Counted from the stretch's first letter, positions 9,381 through 18,626 are shown. The stretch: 53,299 nt of DNA from Stellaceae bacterium (GCA_035552135.1 DASZLY010000338.1:1-53299); one strand, 5' to 3'. The notes: a model not told the origin generated them from the letters alone. Program-made: numbers and translations.

Positions 9381-10652
9381 ATGCCTCCTTCCGAGCGGGC
9401 CGGACCGGCACCGGCCACCACGGCGATCGGCCCCGCCGCCACATCGAGCCGTTCCGCCCGCTGGCTGTTCGCGCTGCCTGATTTCCGCCGGCTGTGGACG
9501 ATCGGGCTCGTCGTGTTCGCGGTGCGCTGGCTCGAGATGCTGGTGGTCGGCGTCTTTGTCTATCAGCGCACCGGCTCGGCCTTTCAGGTCGCGCTGATGA
9601 CACTATTGCGCATGGCGCCGATGATGCTTTTCGGGCCGCTGATCGGCGCCTATGTCGAGCGCATGGAGCGACGCCGCGCGCAGATCATGGTCAGCCTGTC
9701 GATGCTGGCGACCGCGATCGTCGTCGCCGCGCTGGCCTTCGCCGGGCGGCTCGAAGTCTGGCACCTCGCGCTCGCCGCGTTTTGCAACGGCATCGCCTGG
9801 GCGGCCGACAACCCGGTGCGCCGGGTGATGATCGGCGAAGTCGTCGGGCCGGAGCGCATGGGCTCGGCAATGGCGATCGATGTCGGCGCCAATAATGCCA
9901 GCCAGATGCTCGGGCCGACGATCGGCGGGTTGGTGCTAAGCAGCTTCGGCATCGCCGGCGCGTTCTCGATCAGCGTAGCCGCCTATGCGATCGCGGTCGC
10001 GGCGGCGCTGCGCCTCGGCCACCGCAATGCCATCGCGCCGACCAAGAGCGGCGCCGTGCTCACCCATGTGCTCGAAGGGCTCTTGATGGCGAGCCGCGAC
10101 CGGCGCCTCGTCGCGATTTTGATCATCACCGTCGTCTATAACGTCTTCGGCTGGCCGTTCACCAGCATGATCCCAGTGATTGGCCAGGACGCGTTGCACC
10201 TCGACCCGGGCGGTATCGGCATTCTCGCCAGCATGACAGGGGTCGGCTCGTTCATCGGCGCGATCGCGATCGCCTTGTGGGCGCGCCAGCGCCACTTCAC
10301 GACGCTCTACGTCACCGCGGTGCTGGGCTACCTGACGCTGATGATGGGGGTGGCACTGGCGCCGGTCGCCACGCTCGCGGGCGGCGCGCTGTTCGCGACC
10401 GGGCTCGCCAATTCCGGGTTCAGCGTGATGCAGGCGACGCTCATCTACCTCGCCGCTCCGGCCGAGATGCGCAGCCGGCTTTATGGCGTGCTGTCGTTGT
10501 GCATCGGCTCGGGGCTCGTTGGCTTTCTGAACATCGGCTTGATGGCCGAATGGGCCGGCGCGCCGGCGGCGACGGTGCTGAGCGGCATCGAAGGCCTCGC
10601 CGCGATGGCGCTGACCTGGCGCTGGTGGCGCGACATCGGACGAACCGCCTGA
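9381..10652 (+). CDS. MFS transporter (EntS/MFS_3-like)
   Basis: ORF 9381..10652; FRRLWTIGLVVFAVRWLEMLVVGVFVY plus multi-TM profile. Confidence 0.8.
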   Translation: MPPSERAGPAPATTAIGPAATSSRSARWLFALPDFRRLWTIGLVVFAVRWLEMLVVGVFVYQRTGSAFQVALMTLLRMAPMMLFGPLIGAYVERMERRRAQIMVSLSMLATAIVVAALAFAGRLEVWHLALAAFCNGIAWAADNPVRRVMIGEVVGPERMGSAMAIDVGANNASQMLGPTIGGLVLSSFGIAGAFSISVAAYAIAVAAALRLGHRNAIAPTKSGAVLTHVLEGLLMASRDRRLVAILIITVVYNVFGWPFTSMIPVIGQDALHLDPGGIGILASMTGVGSFIGAIAIALWARQRHFTTLYVTAVLGYLTLMMGVALAPVATLAGGALFATGLANSGFSVMQATLIYLAAPAEMRSRLYGVLSLCIGSGLVGFLNIGLMAEWAGAPAATVLSGIEGLAAMALTWRWWRDIGRTA

Positions 10653-10682
10653 CGCCGCGCCACCCGAGCGAGGGACGCGCCG

Positions 10683-11552
10683 CTAGAGCAGCGCGTCGCG
10701 GTGATCGCCGCCGATCTTGGCGCAGACACCGGCGATGAAGACGCCGACCAGCATCGAGAAGGCGGTAAAGAGCGCGATATCGCGCGCCACCTTGCGCGCC
10801 GCATCGGCGTCTTCCTTGGCCTTCTGCTCGGTCTGCTTGGCCTGGGCGATGGTGGTGTCGACCCGCTTTTGCGCGTCGTCCTGACTCAGGCCGGTGCGCG
10901 CCGCGACAAGCTGGGCAAGATAGGCGCGGTCAGGCTGCGGCACGTCGCCGTTCTTGAGGCCACTGGCGACGATGCGCGTCACCTCGCCGCGTGCATCCTG
11001 CGGGCTCGCATTGGCGTCGGGCGTGGCCTTGCGGAAGAGGGTATCGACCAGGTAGCCGCTCGGCCTGTCGGGATTGTTGTTCTGCGCCGCGCCCTGCGCC
11101 GTGCCTTGCGCGAGCGAGCCCGCGACGGTCGCCACGCTGTGCGCGGTTCCGCCGATCAGCGAAGACGCTGCGGCGCCGAGCAGCCCGGCGGTAATGACCG
11201 CGGCCACCGCCCAGGCGACGATGCCGCGCGCGGTGTCGCGGAACGCGACTTCATGGACGTGCCGCGTCGCCAGCTCGGGGCCCAGGCGCCCGGCCATATA
11301 GCCGCCGATGCCGGCCGACACCCACTGCACGATGATGAGCCAGATGCCGCCCCAGATCGCGAATTTGGTCGCGCTCGGGTTCTGGCCGGCCCAAGGCGAG
11401 ATTGCCCCCAGCCCGAAGCCGGCGCCGAGGATGGTGAGGATAATCGCGATCGCCGCCATGACGACCGCGCCGGCAACGATGGCCCGCCAGGAGATGCCGC
11501 GCGCCACCGGCGTCTCCACGACATCGACCTGTTCGACAAAAGTGGTCGCCAT
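10683..11552 (-). CDS. Conserved hypothetical membrane protein (3-4 N-terminal TM, charged helical linker, C-terminal TM)
   Basis: ORF 10683..11552; GGAGG SD directly upstream; coding-like composition versus the R-rich antisense ORF 10701..11705. Confidence 0.7.
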   Translation of the reverse strand: MATTFVEQVDVVETPVARGISWRAIVAGAVVMAAIAIILTILGAGFGLGAISPWAGQNPSATKFAIWGGIWLIIVQWVSAGIGGYMAGRLGPELATRHVHEVAFRDTARGIVAWAVAAVITAGLLGAAASSLIGGTAHSVATVAGSLAQGTAQGAAQNNNPDRPSGYLVDTLFRKATPDANASPQDARGEVTRIVASGLKNGDVPQPDRAYLAQLVAARTGLSQDDAQKRVDTTIAQAKQTEQKAKEDADAARKVARDIALFTAFSMLVGVFIAGVCAKIGGDHRDALL

Positions 11553-11561
11553 CGCCCCCTC

Positions 11562-11636
11562 CTAATGCCACAGAAGAATGAGGATCAGGATGATCGGCAA
11601 TGGAATGCCCAGCAGCCAAAGCAGGATATAGCCCAT
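11562..11636 (-). CDS. Unlisted 24-aa hydrophobic small protein MGYILLWLLGIPLPIILILILLWH
   Basis: Below the ORF-track size cut-off. ATG 11636 with GGGAGGG about 8 nt upstream. TAG at 11562-11564 lies 9 nt before the next gene's ATG, and that gene's SD (GGAGG) overlaps the stop. Confidence 0.5.
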   Translation of the reverse strand: MGYILLWLLGIPLPIILILILLWH

Positions 11637-11666
11637 ATTCAAAACCCTCCCGAAGAGCGAACGGCA

Positions 11667-11691
11667 AACGGCGCCGCGCAACCGGCGTTCC
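11667..11691 (-). promoter_or_regulatory. Sigma-EcfG (general stress response) type promoter GGAAC-N16-CGTT
   Basis: Minus strand reads GGAAC (11687-11691), 16 nt, CGTT (11667-11670), about 30 nt upstream of the small-ORF ATG. This is an exact match to the alphaproteobacterial EcfG/SigT/RpoE2 consensus. Confidence 0.5.
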
Positions 11692-11753
11692 CAGGAAGTG
11701 ATTAAATCCGCGGCAGGTCGCCGCCCGCGCCGGAAGGCCGCGCGGGCCGGGCC

Positions 11754-13250
11754 TCACTCCACAAGTGCGCCGTAGCGATGGACGTGGTAGGGCATCCGCG
11801 CCAAGCCCGGGCAATAGCTGCCGACAACCGGCTCCAGCGCCGCGTAAAGCGCCCGGTTATCGGCATTGGCGGCATAGAGCCGCTCGCGCGCCGCCTCGGC
11901 CTGCTGCCGCAGCCGCGCCAGGTCGATGCCGACCGGCTTGCGGTCGCGCACCACCATCCGGCCGCCGATCATCACGCTGTCGACCGCGGTGCCGTCCTCG
12001 CAATGGACGAGCTGGTTGACCGGGTTGTTGAGTGGCAGCCAGTTCGGGTGGTCGAGGTCGAGGAAGACGAGATCGGCCTTCCAGCCCGGCGCGATCCGCC
12101 CGATCCGGTCGCCGAGGCCGAGCGCGCGGGCGCTGCCCTCGGTTGCCGCCAGCGCCGCCTCGCGCGCGGTCAGCCAGCGCCGCCATTCCGGCCCCTGCAC
12201 TTTGGAGACCAGCGAGGCCAGCCGCATCGCCTCGTACATGTTCTGGTTGTCGGCGCAGGTCGCGCCGTCGGTGCCGATGCCGAGATTGACCCGGCGCTCG
12301 AGCATCGTCCGCGCATCGGCGAGGCCGCTGCCGATGCGCATGTTGCTCCCCGGGTTATGCGCCACCGAGGCGCCGTGGTCGCCGAGCCGGGCCATGTCGT
12401 CGGGGTCGAGCCAGACGCCGTGCGCCACGGTGAAATGCGGCCCCAAGACGCCCAGCGCATCGAGATGCGCGGTCTGCGTCTTGCCGTAGACCTGGCGGCT
12501 CACCACCGCCTGCACCTTCGATTCGGCGACATGGCTGTGCAGCCCGACCGTGAAGTCGCGCGCCAGGCCGGCACAGCCGAGGATGAAATCGTCGGAGCAG
12601 TGATGCGGGATGGTCGGCGCCACCGCCGGGCGCACCAGGGCGCGGTCGGCCGGCCAGTGATCGAAGGCGTCGCGGATCGCCGCGATCGTCGTCGCGCCGG
12701 GCGCCAGCTTGAGCGCGCCCACCCGCTCGCGCAGCGCCGCCGGCAGCGCCTCGGCCAGGCCGGGGATCGCCTCGAAAAAGCTACGGTCGGCGACCATCGG
12801 CGCGACCACCGCGCGCATGCCGAGCTCGGCATAGGCGCCGGCCACCGCCACCATGCCCTCGCGCGTCGGCACCGGCCATTCAAAGAACAAATCATAGCAG
12901 GCGGTGCAGCCCTTGAGCATCATCTCGATCGCGCCGATCTGTGCCGAGAGCCGCAAATCCTCGGTGCCGCGATGGCCGGTCAGCATCGGTGCCGCGGTGA
13001 GCAGCAATTCGAGCGGCCAGCAATCGCCCATCCCCTTGCCGAGATTGCCGTGCGAATGAGTGTGCGCGTTGACGAGGCCGGGATGGATCAGCCGGTTCGC
13101 GGCATCGATCTCGGCTGCCGCTTCGGGCGCGGCGAGGCCGGGAGGGCCGATTTCGCCGATCGTGTCGCCGTCGATAAGGATGTCGGCCGGCGCCGCGGTT
13201 CCGGCGGCAATGTCGAGAACGCGCGCGCCGCGCACGATCGCATGGGCCAT
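11754..13250 (-). CDS. Amidohydrolase family protein (chlorohydrolase/aminohydrolase, guanine/cytosine-deaminase-like)
   Basis: ORF 11754..13250; PGLVNAHTHSHGNL metal-binding HxH motif; ..HVAES..; ..GTDG.. motifs. Confidence 0.85.
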   Translation of the reverse strand: MAHAIVRGARVLDIAAGTAAPADILIDGDTIGEIGPPGLAAPEAAAEIDAANRLIHPGLVNAHTHSHGNLGKGMGDCWPLELLLTAAPMLTGHRGTEDLRLSAQIGAIEMMLKGCTACYDLFFEWPVPTREGMVAVAGAYAELGMRAVVAPMVADRSFFEAIPGLAEALPAALRERVGALKLAPGATTIAAIRDAFDHWPADRALVRPAVAPTIPHHCSDDFILGCAGLARDFTVGLHSHVAESKVQAVVSRQVYGKTQTAHLDALGVLGPHFTVAHGVWLDPDDMARLGDHGASVAHNPGSNMRIGSGLADARTMLERRVNLGIGTDGATCADNQNMYEAMRLASLVSKVQGPEWRRWLTAREAALAATEGSARALGLGDRIGRIAPGWKADLVFLDLDHPNWLPLNNPVNQLVHCEDGTAVDSVMIGGRMVVRDRKPVGIDLARLRQQAEAARERLYAANADNRALYAALEPVVGSYCPGLARMPYHVHRYGALVE

Positions 13251-13331
13251 TGCAAGACTCCTTCAGGCAATCCAACGCAAGCGTAGAACGGATCGCCGCG
13301 GTGCGATATGGCCCGCAGGCGCCGCCAGGTT

Positions 13332-13356
13332 TGAACCCGCCAGCGAAGCCCGCGTT
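13332..13356 (+). promoter_or_regulatory. Possible EcfG-like promoter TGAAC-N16-CGTT upstream of the DUF4142 gene
   Basis: tGAAC 13332-13336, 16 nt, CGTT 13353-13356, 35 nt upstream of ATG 13392. One mismatch to the consensus. Confidence 0.3.
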
Positions 13357-13391
13357 GGCCTCTGAGACAAACCCTCACCGAGGAGCCTTAA

Positions 13392-13973
13392 ATGAAAACC
13401 GCACTCCAGGGCGCGACGGCCGCGATCGCCATCCTCGCCAGCACCACCGCTTTCGCTCAGACCGCCGCGACCCGTCCCGGCCCCGCGCCGGCACAGGCGC
13501 CGGCCGCATCGACCGCGTCGGGCGGGGCGGGGCGGCTGAGCGGCACCGACCAGAAATTCATCGACAGTGCCGCGATCGGCGGCATGTTCGAAGTCAATGC
13601 CGGCAAGCTCGCGGAAAAATCGGCGAGCGGGCAAGTGAAGCAGTTCGGCGCCCGCATGGTGCACGACCACAGCGCTGCCGACAGCAAGCTCAAGCAGATC
13701 GTCAGCGCCGAGGGCGGCACCGTGCCGCAAGCGCTCGACCAGGACCACCAGCAAAAGCTCGACCAGCTGGCCGCGCTAAAAGGCCAAGATTTCGACCGCA
13801 CCTACATGCAGATGATGGTCAAGGACCATGACGAGGATTCGCAGGATTTCGGCAAGGCCGCGCAGAACCTCGACAACCCGCAGCTCAAGCGGTTTGCCGC
13901 GCAGACGCTGAAGGTGATCGAGAGCCACGACAAGATGGCGCACCAGATCACCGACAAGACGGCGGCGAAATAG
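13392..13973 (+). CDS. DUF4142 domain-containing secreted protein
   Basis: ORF 13392..13973; signal peptide MKTALQGATAAIAILASTTAFA; DQKFIDSAAIGGMFEVNAGKLA..MVHDH..DFDRTYMQMMVKDHDED. Confidence 0.8.
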   Translation: MKTALQGATAAIAILASTTAFAQTAATRPGPAPAQAPAASTASGGAGRLSGTDQKFIDSAAIGGMFEVNAGKLAEKSASGQVKQFGARMVHDHSAADSKLKQIVSAEGGTVPQALDQDHQQKLDQLAALKGQDFDRTYMQMMVKDHDEDSQDFGKAAQNLDNPQLKRFAAQTLKVIESHDKMAHQITDKTAAK

Positions 13974-14027
13974 CCGGGCGGAAAGCGCGGCGCCAGGGAC
14001 TATTAGTAGTAGGGACTGTTGGCCGGG

Positions 14028-14246
14028 CTATTCTCTGCCATCGTCTCTGGCGCAGCGCGCCGGCCGGTATTTCCCGTGCGCAATATACCCCGCCTCTTCC
14101 CAGTGGGTTCCGGGCGGGCATGCTGGCGGCTGCGCCGGCGCGTTGGCCGCGGGAGGCGAAGTCGGCGGGCTGTTGGACTGTTGCGCCATCGCCGGCAGCG
14201 CCATCGCGCATCCGAGAAAAACCGAAAGAAGCACTCTGCCGATCAT
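14028..14246 (-). CDS. Small exported protein (72 aa, two Cys), unknown function
   Basis: Internal ATG 14246 of ORF 14028..14450 with GGGAGG SD; signal peptide MIGRVLLSVFLGCAMALPAMA. The upstream part of that ORF is the tRNA gene and is not coding. Confidence 0.5.
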   Translation of the reverse strand: MIGRVLLSVFLGCAMALPAMAQQSNSPPTSPPAANAPAQPPACPPGTHWEEAGYIAHGKYRPARCARDDGRE

Positions 14247-14290
14247 CCTGGCCTCCCTAGGCTCGCGAGAACGACCAAATGCTGGATGGG

Positions 14291-14366
<76 letters not shown>

Positions 14367-14421
14367 GGCCGAAACCGATTCGCCCCGAGTGGCGCCGCTG
14401 GTCCAGCGCCGGGCGCGGCGG

Positions 14422-14450
14422 ACTATGGGGAAGGGGCTAGGGGCTGTCAA
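14422..14450 (-). promoter_or_regulatory. Candidate sigma70 promoter for tRNA-Ala: TTGACA-N17-CATAGT
   Basis: Minus-strand TTGACA (14445-14450), 17-nt spacer, CATAGT (14422-14427), about 55 nt upstream of the tRNA 5' end. Confidence 0.45.
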
Positions 14451-14582
14451 GCGCGCCCCAGCAATTGCTTTGCCCGCGGAAATACTGGCTAAACACGGCG
14501 CCGCCCCGCGCCCGGTCGCGCTTGCAGATCGCTCGGGCTGCGGCTACCGTCGCGCGAATAATTAGGGCCGGCGGACAAACCA

Positions 14583-14885
14583 ATGCGCGCGATCCTGTGG
14601 CTGATCAACACGATCATCGAGATTTACGTCTGGCTCTTGATCGCGCAGGCGATCCTCAGCTGGCTGCTCGCCTTTGGCGTCATCAACCGCTACAACCGCG
14701 GCGTTTCGGTGATCGGGGATTTCCTCTACCGGGTGACCGAGCCGGCGCTGCGCCCCATTCGCAGCATTCTGCCGAATTTCGGCGGCATCGACATCTCGCC
14801 GATCGTGCTGATTCTCATCCTCTATTTCGTCCGCGTGCTGATCGACGAGGATCTGGCGCCCTATCTGCTCGGCTACGTTCCCTAG
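14583..14885 (+). CDS. YggT family membrane protein
   Basis: ORF 14583..14885; IIEIYVWLLIAQAILSWL..NRYN..LYRVTEPALRPIR..GGIDISPIV. Confidence 0.85.
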   Translation: MRAILWLINTIIEIYVWLLIAQAILSWLLAFGVINRYNRGVSVIGDFLYRVTEPALRPIRSILPNFGGIDISPIVLILILYFVRVLIDEDLAPYLLGYVP

Positions 14886-15012
14886 AAGCCGCGGCGGATC
14901 CGCCGTTTGCGAGGCGGCGCTGCAGGCTCGGCTGGCTCGGCGAGCTGAGCCGGATCGCGAGCGTCCCGCCCGCCCTTCCGGCCGCCATGCAGGCGAGGCG
15001 CCTGCGGTCCGG

Positions 15013-16239
15013 CTACTTCCGCACCCGTCTTGCCGCCAGCCGCAGGCGCAGCGCGTTCAGCTTGATGAATCCCTCGGCATCGCGCTGGTCGTAGACCGCG
15101 TCCTCCTCGAAGGTGACGTGCGCCTGGCTGTAGAGGCTGTTAGGCGATTGCCGGCCGACGACGCCGACCGAGCCCTTGTAGAGCTTGAGGCGCACCCGGC
15201 CTTCGACCTTTTCCTGGCTCTTGTCGATCAGCGCCTGGAGCATCTCGCGCTCCGGCGAGAACCAGAAGCCGTTGTAGATCAGCTCGGCGTAGCGCGGCAT
15301 CAGCTCATCCTTGAGGTGCATCGCGCCGCGGTCGAGGCAGAGGCTTTCGATGCCGCGATGCGCCGCCTGGAGCACCGTGCCGCCCGGGGTCTCGTAGACG
15401 CCGCGCGACTTCATCCCGACAAAGCGGTTCTCCACCAAATCGAGCCGGCCGATGCCGTGCGCACCGCCCAGCTCGTTGAGCCGGGTGAGCAAGGCAGCGG
15501 GCGACAGCGCCGCGCCATCCACCGCGACCGGGTCGCCCGCCTTGAAATCGATCTCGACATATTGCGGCCGGTCGGGCGCCCTCTCGGGCGCGACGGTGCG
15601 GCTGTAGACGTATTCCTCGGGCTCCTGCCACGGGTCTTCGAGCACCTTGCCCTCGGCTGAGATGTGCAAGAGGTTGGCATCGACCGAAAACGGCGCCTCG
15701 CCGCGCTTATCCTTGGCGATCGGGATCTGGTGCTTCTCCGCATAGTCGAGCAGCGTTGTGCGCGATGTCAGGTCCCACACCCGCCACGGCGCGATGACCT
15801 TGATGTCGGGCTGCAGCGCGTAATAGCTGAGCTCGAACCGCACCTGATCATTGCCCTTGCCGGTCGCGCCGTGCGCCACCGCATCGGCGCCGGTCTCGCG
15901 CGCGATCTCGATCTGCCGCTTGGCGATCAGCGGCCGCGCGATCGAGGTGCCGAGCAGATATTGTCCCTCGTAGAGCGCATTGGCGCGAAACATCGGGAAG
16001 ACGAAATCGCGGACGAATTCCTCGCGCAGATCGTCGATATAGATCTGCTTGACGCCGAACAGCTCGGCCTTCCGGCGCGCCGGCTCGAGCTCCTCGCCCT
16101 GGCCGAGATCGGCAGTAAAGGTCACCACCTCGCAGCCGTACGTCTCCTGCAGCCATTTGAGGATGACCGAGGTATCGAGCCCGCCCGAATAGGCCAGCAC
16201 TATTTTTTTTACACCGTTCTGCTTCACCATCTCGACCAT
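15013..16239 (-). CDS. argG: Argininosuccinate synthase
   Basis: ORF 15013..16239; [44 protein letters not shown]. Confidence 0.95.
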   Translation of the reverse strand: MVEMVKQNGVKKIVLAYSGGLDTSVILKWLQETYGCEVVTFTADLGQGEELEPARRKAELFGVKQIYIDDLREEFVRDFVFPMFRANALYEGQYLLGTSIARPLIAKRQIEIARETGADAVAHGATGKGNDQVRFELSYYALQPDIKVIAPWRVWDLTSRTTLLDYAEKHQIPIAKDKRGEAPFSVDANLLHISAEGKVLEDPWQEPEEYVYSRTVAPERAPDRPQYVEIDFKAGDPVAVDGAALSPAALLTRLNELGGAHGIGRLDLVENRFVGMKSRGVYETPGGTVLQAAHRGIESLCLDRGAMHLKDELMPRYAELIYNGFWFSPEREMLQALIDKSQEKVEGRVRLKLYKGSVGVVGRQSPNSLYSQAHVTFEEDAVYDQRDAEGFIKLNALRLRLAARRVRK

Positions 16240-16320
16240 GTAGCCATCCCGTAAATCGCGCCGCCCTTTCTGTCATCGCGATGGCGGGGAGGCAATCGCG
16301 GGCGGTTGTAGCCCTCGCAT

Positions 16321-16704
16321 CTACGGCCCCTGCAGCACAGCTCGGCCGCGCAGACACAACGTGATGCGCCGACCAAGCTTCAACGCCGGGTATAAGACCG
16401 CCGACAGCAATCTGCTTGAAAATATCGCCCTGTTCAGCCGGTTGGCGAGCGACGATGAGGTTGATAGGCCGGCCAAAACGTAAATGGCCTCGCTGCCGTG
16501 ATGGACGATTCCCCTATAGACGAACAGCATGCCTTCATTCAGGTCGTAACCCTCTTTCCAATAATGGAGCAACCGAGGGTCGCCCGAGCGAGCATCGAGC
16601 AATTCAACGGGCCCGACGGTTTCGCGCAAGTGAAGCAGGCGAACGTAATTATGGCAAAAGATGCATTCCCCGTCGTAAATGATTAGCGCCGGTTGATCGG
16701 TCAT
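16321..16704 (-). CDS. DCC-family (DUF393) thiol-disulfide oxidoreductase
   Basis: Internal ATG 16704 of ORF 16321..16848. MTDQPALIIYDGECIFCHNYV carries the DGxCxxC signature. Starts 8 nt after the stop of the upstream HTTM gene. Low GC. Confidence 0.8.
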   Translation of the reverse strand: MTDQPALIIYDGECIFCHNYVRLLHLRETVGPVELLDARSGDPRLLHYWKEGYDLNEGMLFVYRGIVHHGSEAIYVLAGLSTSSSLANRLNRAIFSSRLLSAVLYPALKLGRRITLCLRGRAVLQGP

Positions 16705-16712
16705 TGACCCAG

Positions 16713-18626
16713 CTAACGATAGAGAATGCCACCGAAGAAATCGTAAGAATGCCCTGAGTTTTCCGTCACGCGAATGACGATCGGGTACCAGCTCGAGGGC
16801 AACTTGGCATAGTAATTGGGATCGAAGGTGAATATTGCTCCCTTCCATGTTCCCAAAGGAACGAGCAGCGGGCCGGTCTTGTAGTTCTTCCAGGGGTCGT
16901 TCGCAAGCAGGATGTCATAGCGCGCGACGTCCATGCCCTGGCTTACAACATCCACGACAGCGTTGTTCCCGGCGGAGCTCACCCCGCCAGCGGCGGCGAT
17001 GACGCGGCCGCTGTTGCGCTCGTACCGTCCCACGAGGGCATGAAAGCCCAGTGCGAACCTCACCGTTTCGGGATAGGGTGGGATATCGAGCACCGAGGAG
17101 TAGAGATCGATGGCGCTATAGTCGCGAACATCGACCAACCCGACACAGTCGGGCACTTTGGACTCGGTTTCGCTCTTTACTCGCTCCACTACGCCGCGGA
17201 TCGCGCCGATCTGTTCGGTCAATTTTTCCGTCAGGTTGTCGTCACGGAACGTCATTACATAAAGCGAGTTGATGTTGGGGTAGCACGACCATTTGCGGCG
17301 TGTGTCATCGGGATATTCGAGCTCCAACTCCGCATAGGGGAAAGGGTAGTGCAGGTGCTCGGAATATGGTTTCCGGGCCGCGACGTTTGAATAGAATGTC
17401 ATCGACGAGAACGGGTACGCACGATTTCCGAACTCGTCCAGCCGCGCCAAGATCACCACTAGATTGGCTGCCATGAACGCCGCCGCATAAGCGACGATTA
17501 AGCGGCCGTGGGCAACCGGCCGCGCCGGTTCCTTTGATGGAAGGCGCAGCCGCAGGCGGCCTAGAAAATAGTCCCAATCGACGAAGAAGGCGGCAAGGAG
17601 GATCCATTGCGGATTCCAGAACGCCATGACCTCCTTCAAGAGGACCGTTCCGGCAACGAAAATCAGCCCCTCCAGCAAGCGAACATACGGCTTGGTGAGC
17701 GATAGAACCGCGAAGATCGGCAAGGCCTGGGTCGCCAGATGGCCGAAAGCGGCAAGTCTCCAGATCCAGGGGTGGTTGACGATCAGGCTGACCTGCGGCG
17801 GCAAGGGTCGGCCAAAGATCAACCACGGCAGAGAAACCGAATTCCGCAAATTGTCGGAAAACACCCATGCCAAGTCGTAGGTAAAGTTGGGGCTCGACCA
17901 TTTGGCGTAAAATCCCCCGAAATACACGGCTGAAGCGCCGAACATTCCGAGAATGACCGGCCACCAATAAACCTCGCGATCGAGCGCGATCGGGCGGCGC
18001 AGGACATAGCGCGCGATCAGACTATCGACCGATAGCGTATCGCCGGCGCGGCCCAACATGAAACCGATGCCGGCCAGCAATTCGCCGTTGTAGGGGTGAG
18101 ACCACAACGGCTCCCAGGAATAGAGAAACGCTCCGAGAAAGCACATGCATAGAACGCTGACGATCATCGTCACACGCGTCAGAAAACCGACGAGGGCGCA
18201 CAGCGTCGCTGCTGGGCCGATAAACAGCAGAATCTGAATCAGGGAGGCGGGGGGCGGGAAGTTCGGAAACAGAAGCCAGACAAGCCCTTTCGGGTAATAG
18301 GCCGCGAGATCGACCATCTGATAATAGTGCGTCGGATCGCCGATCCCGTTTGCCAAGGCGCCCCAGTAAACGTGAATGAAGAGGCAGCCGAACAAAGCCA
18401 TCCGGCAGATTGCGATGGAATAGGCGCCGCCCGGCCTGAAGAAGTATCGGCGAATAGCCGACGCCATGCGCGCCCAGATCGATCCGCCGGGCAGGGCTAT
18501 CGCATATGGCATCGGCGAATACTTCGCGGGCGAAGCCCTCGCAATTTTCGAATCCAAAAGTTCGCGAGACGCGACTTTCGAATCGCGAGATGGCTGCGCC
18601 CGCATCAATCGAATCCAAATTTCCAT
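16713..18626 (-). CDS. HTTM domain (vitamin K-dependent gamma-carboxylase-like) polytopic membrane protein with an unassigned about 230-aa C-terminal domain
   Basis: ORF 16713..18665. ATG 18626 has AGGAGA 7 nt upstream. At least 8 hydrophobic segments. AYSIAICRMALFGCLF, ..SWEPLWSHPYNGELLAGIGFML..SVDSLI.. and ..VYFGGFYAKW.. parallel HTTM/GGCX core motifs (recalled from memory). The gene is AT-richer than its neighbours. Confidence 0.75.
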   Translation of the reverse strand: MEIWIRLMRAQPSRDSKVASRELLDSKIARASPAKYSPMPYAIALPGGSIWARMASAIRRYFFRPGGAYSIAICRMALFGCLFIHVYWGALANGIGDPTHYYQMVDLAAYYPKGLVWLLFPNFPPPASLIQILLFIGPAATLCALVGFLTRVTMIVSVLCMCFLGAFLYSWEPLWSHPYNGELLAGIGFMLGRAGDTLSVDSLIARYVLRRPIALDREVYWWPVILGMFGASAVYFGGFYAKWSSPNFTYDLAWVFSDNLRNSVSLPWLIFGRPLPPQVSLIVNHPWIWRLAAFGHLATQALPIFAVLSLTKPYVRLLEGLIFVAGTVLLKEVMAFWNPQWILLAAFFVDWDYFLGRLRLRLPSKEPARPVAHGRLIVAYAAAFMAANLVVILARLDEFGNRAYPFSSMTFYSNVAARKPYSEHLHYPFPYAELELEYPDDTRRKWSCYPNINSLYVMTFRDDNLTEKLTEQIGAIRGVVERVKSETESKVPDCVGLVDVRDYSAIDLYSSVLDIPPYPETVRFALGFHALVGRYERNSGRVIAAAGGVSSAGNNAVVDVVSQGMDVARYDILLANDPWKNYKTGPLLVPLGTWKGAIFTFDPNYYAKLPSSWYPIVIRVTENSGHSYDFFGGILYR

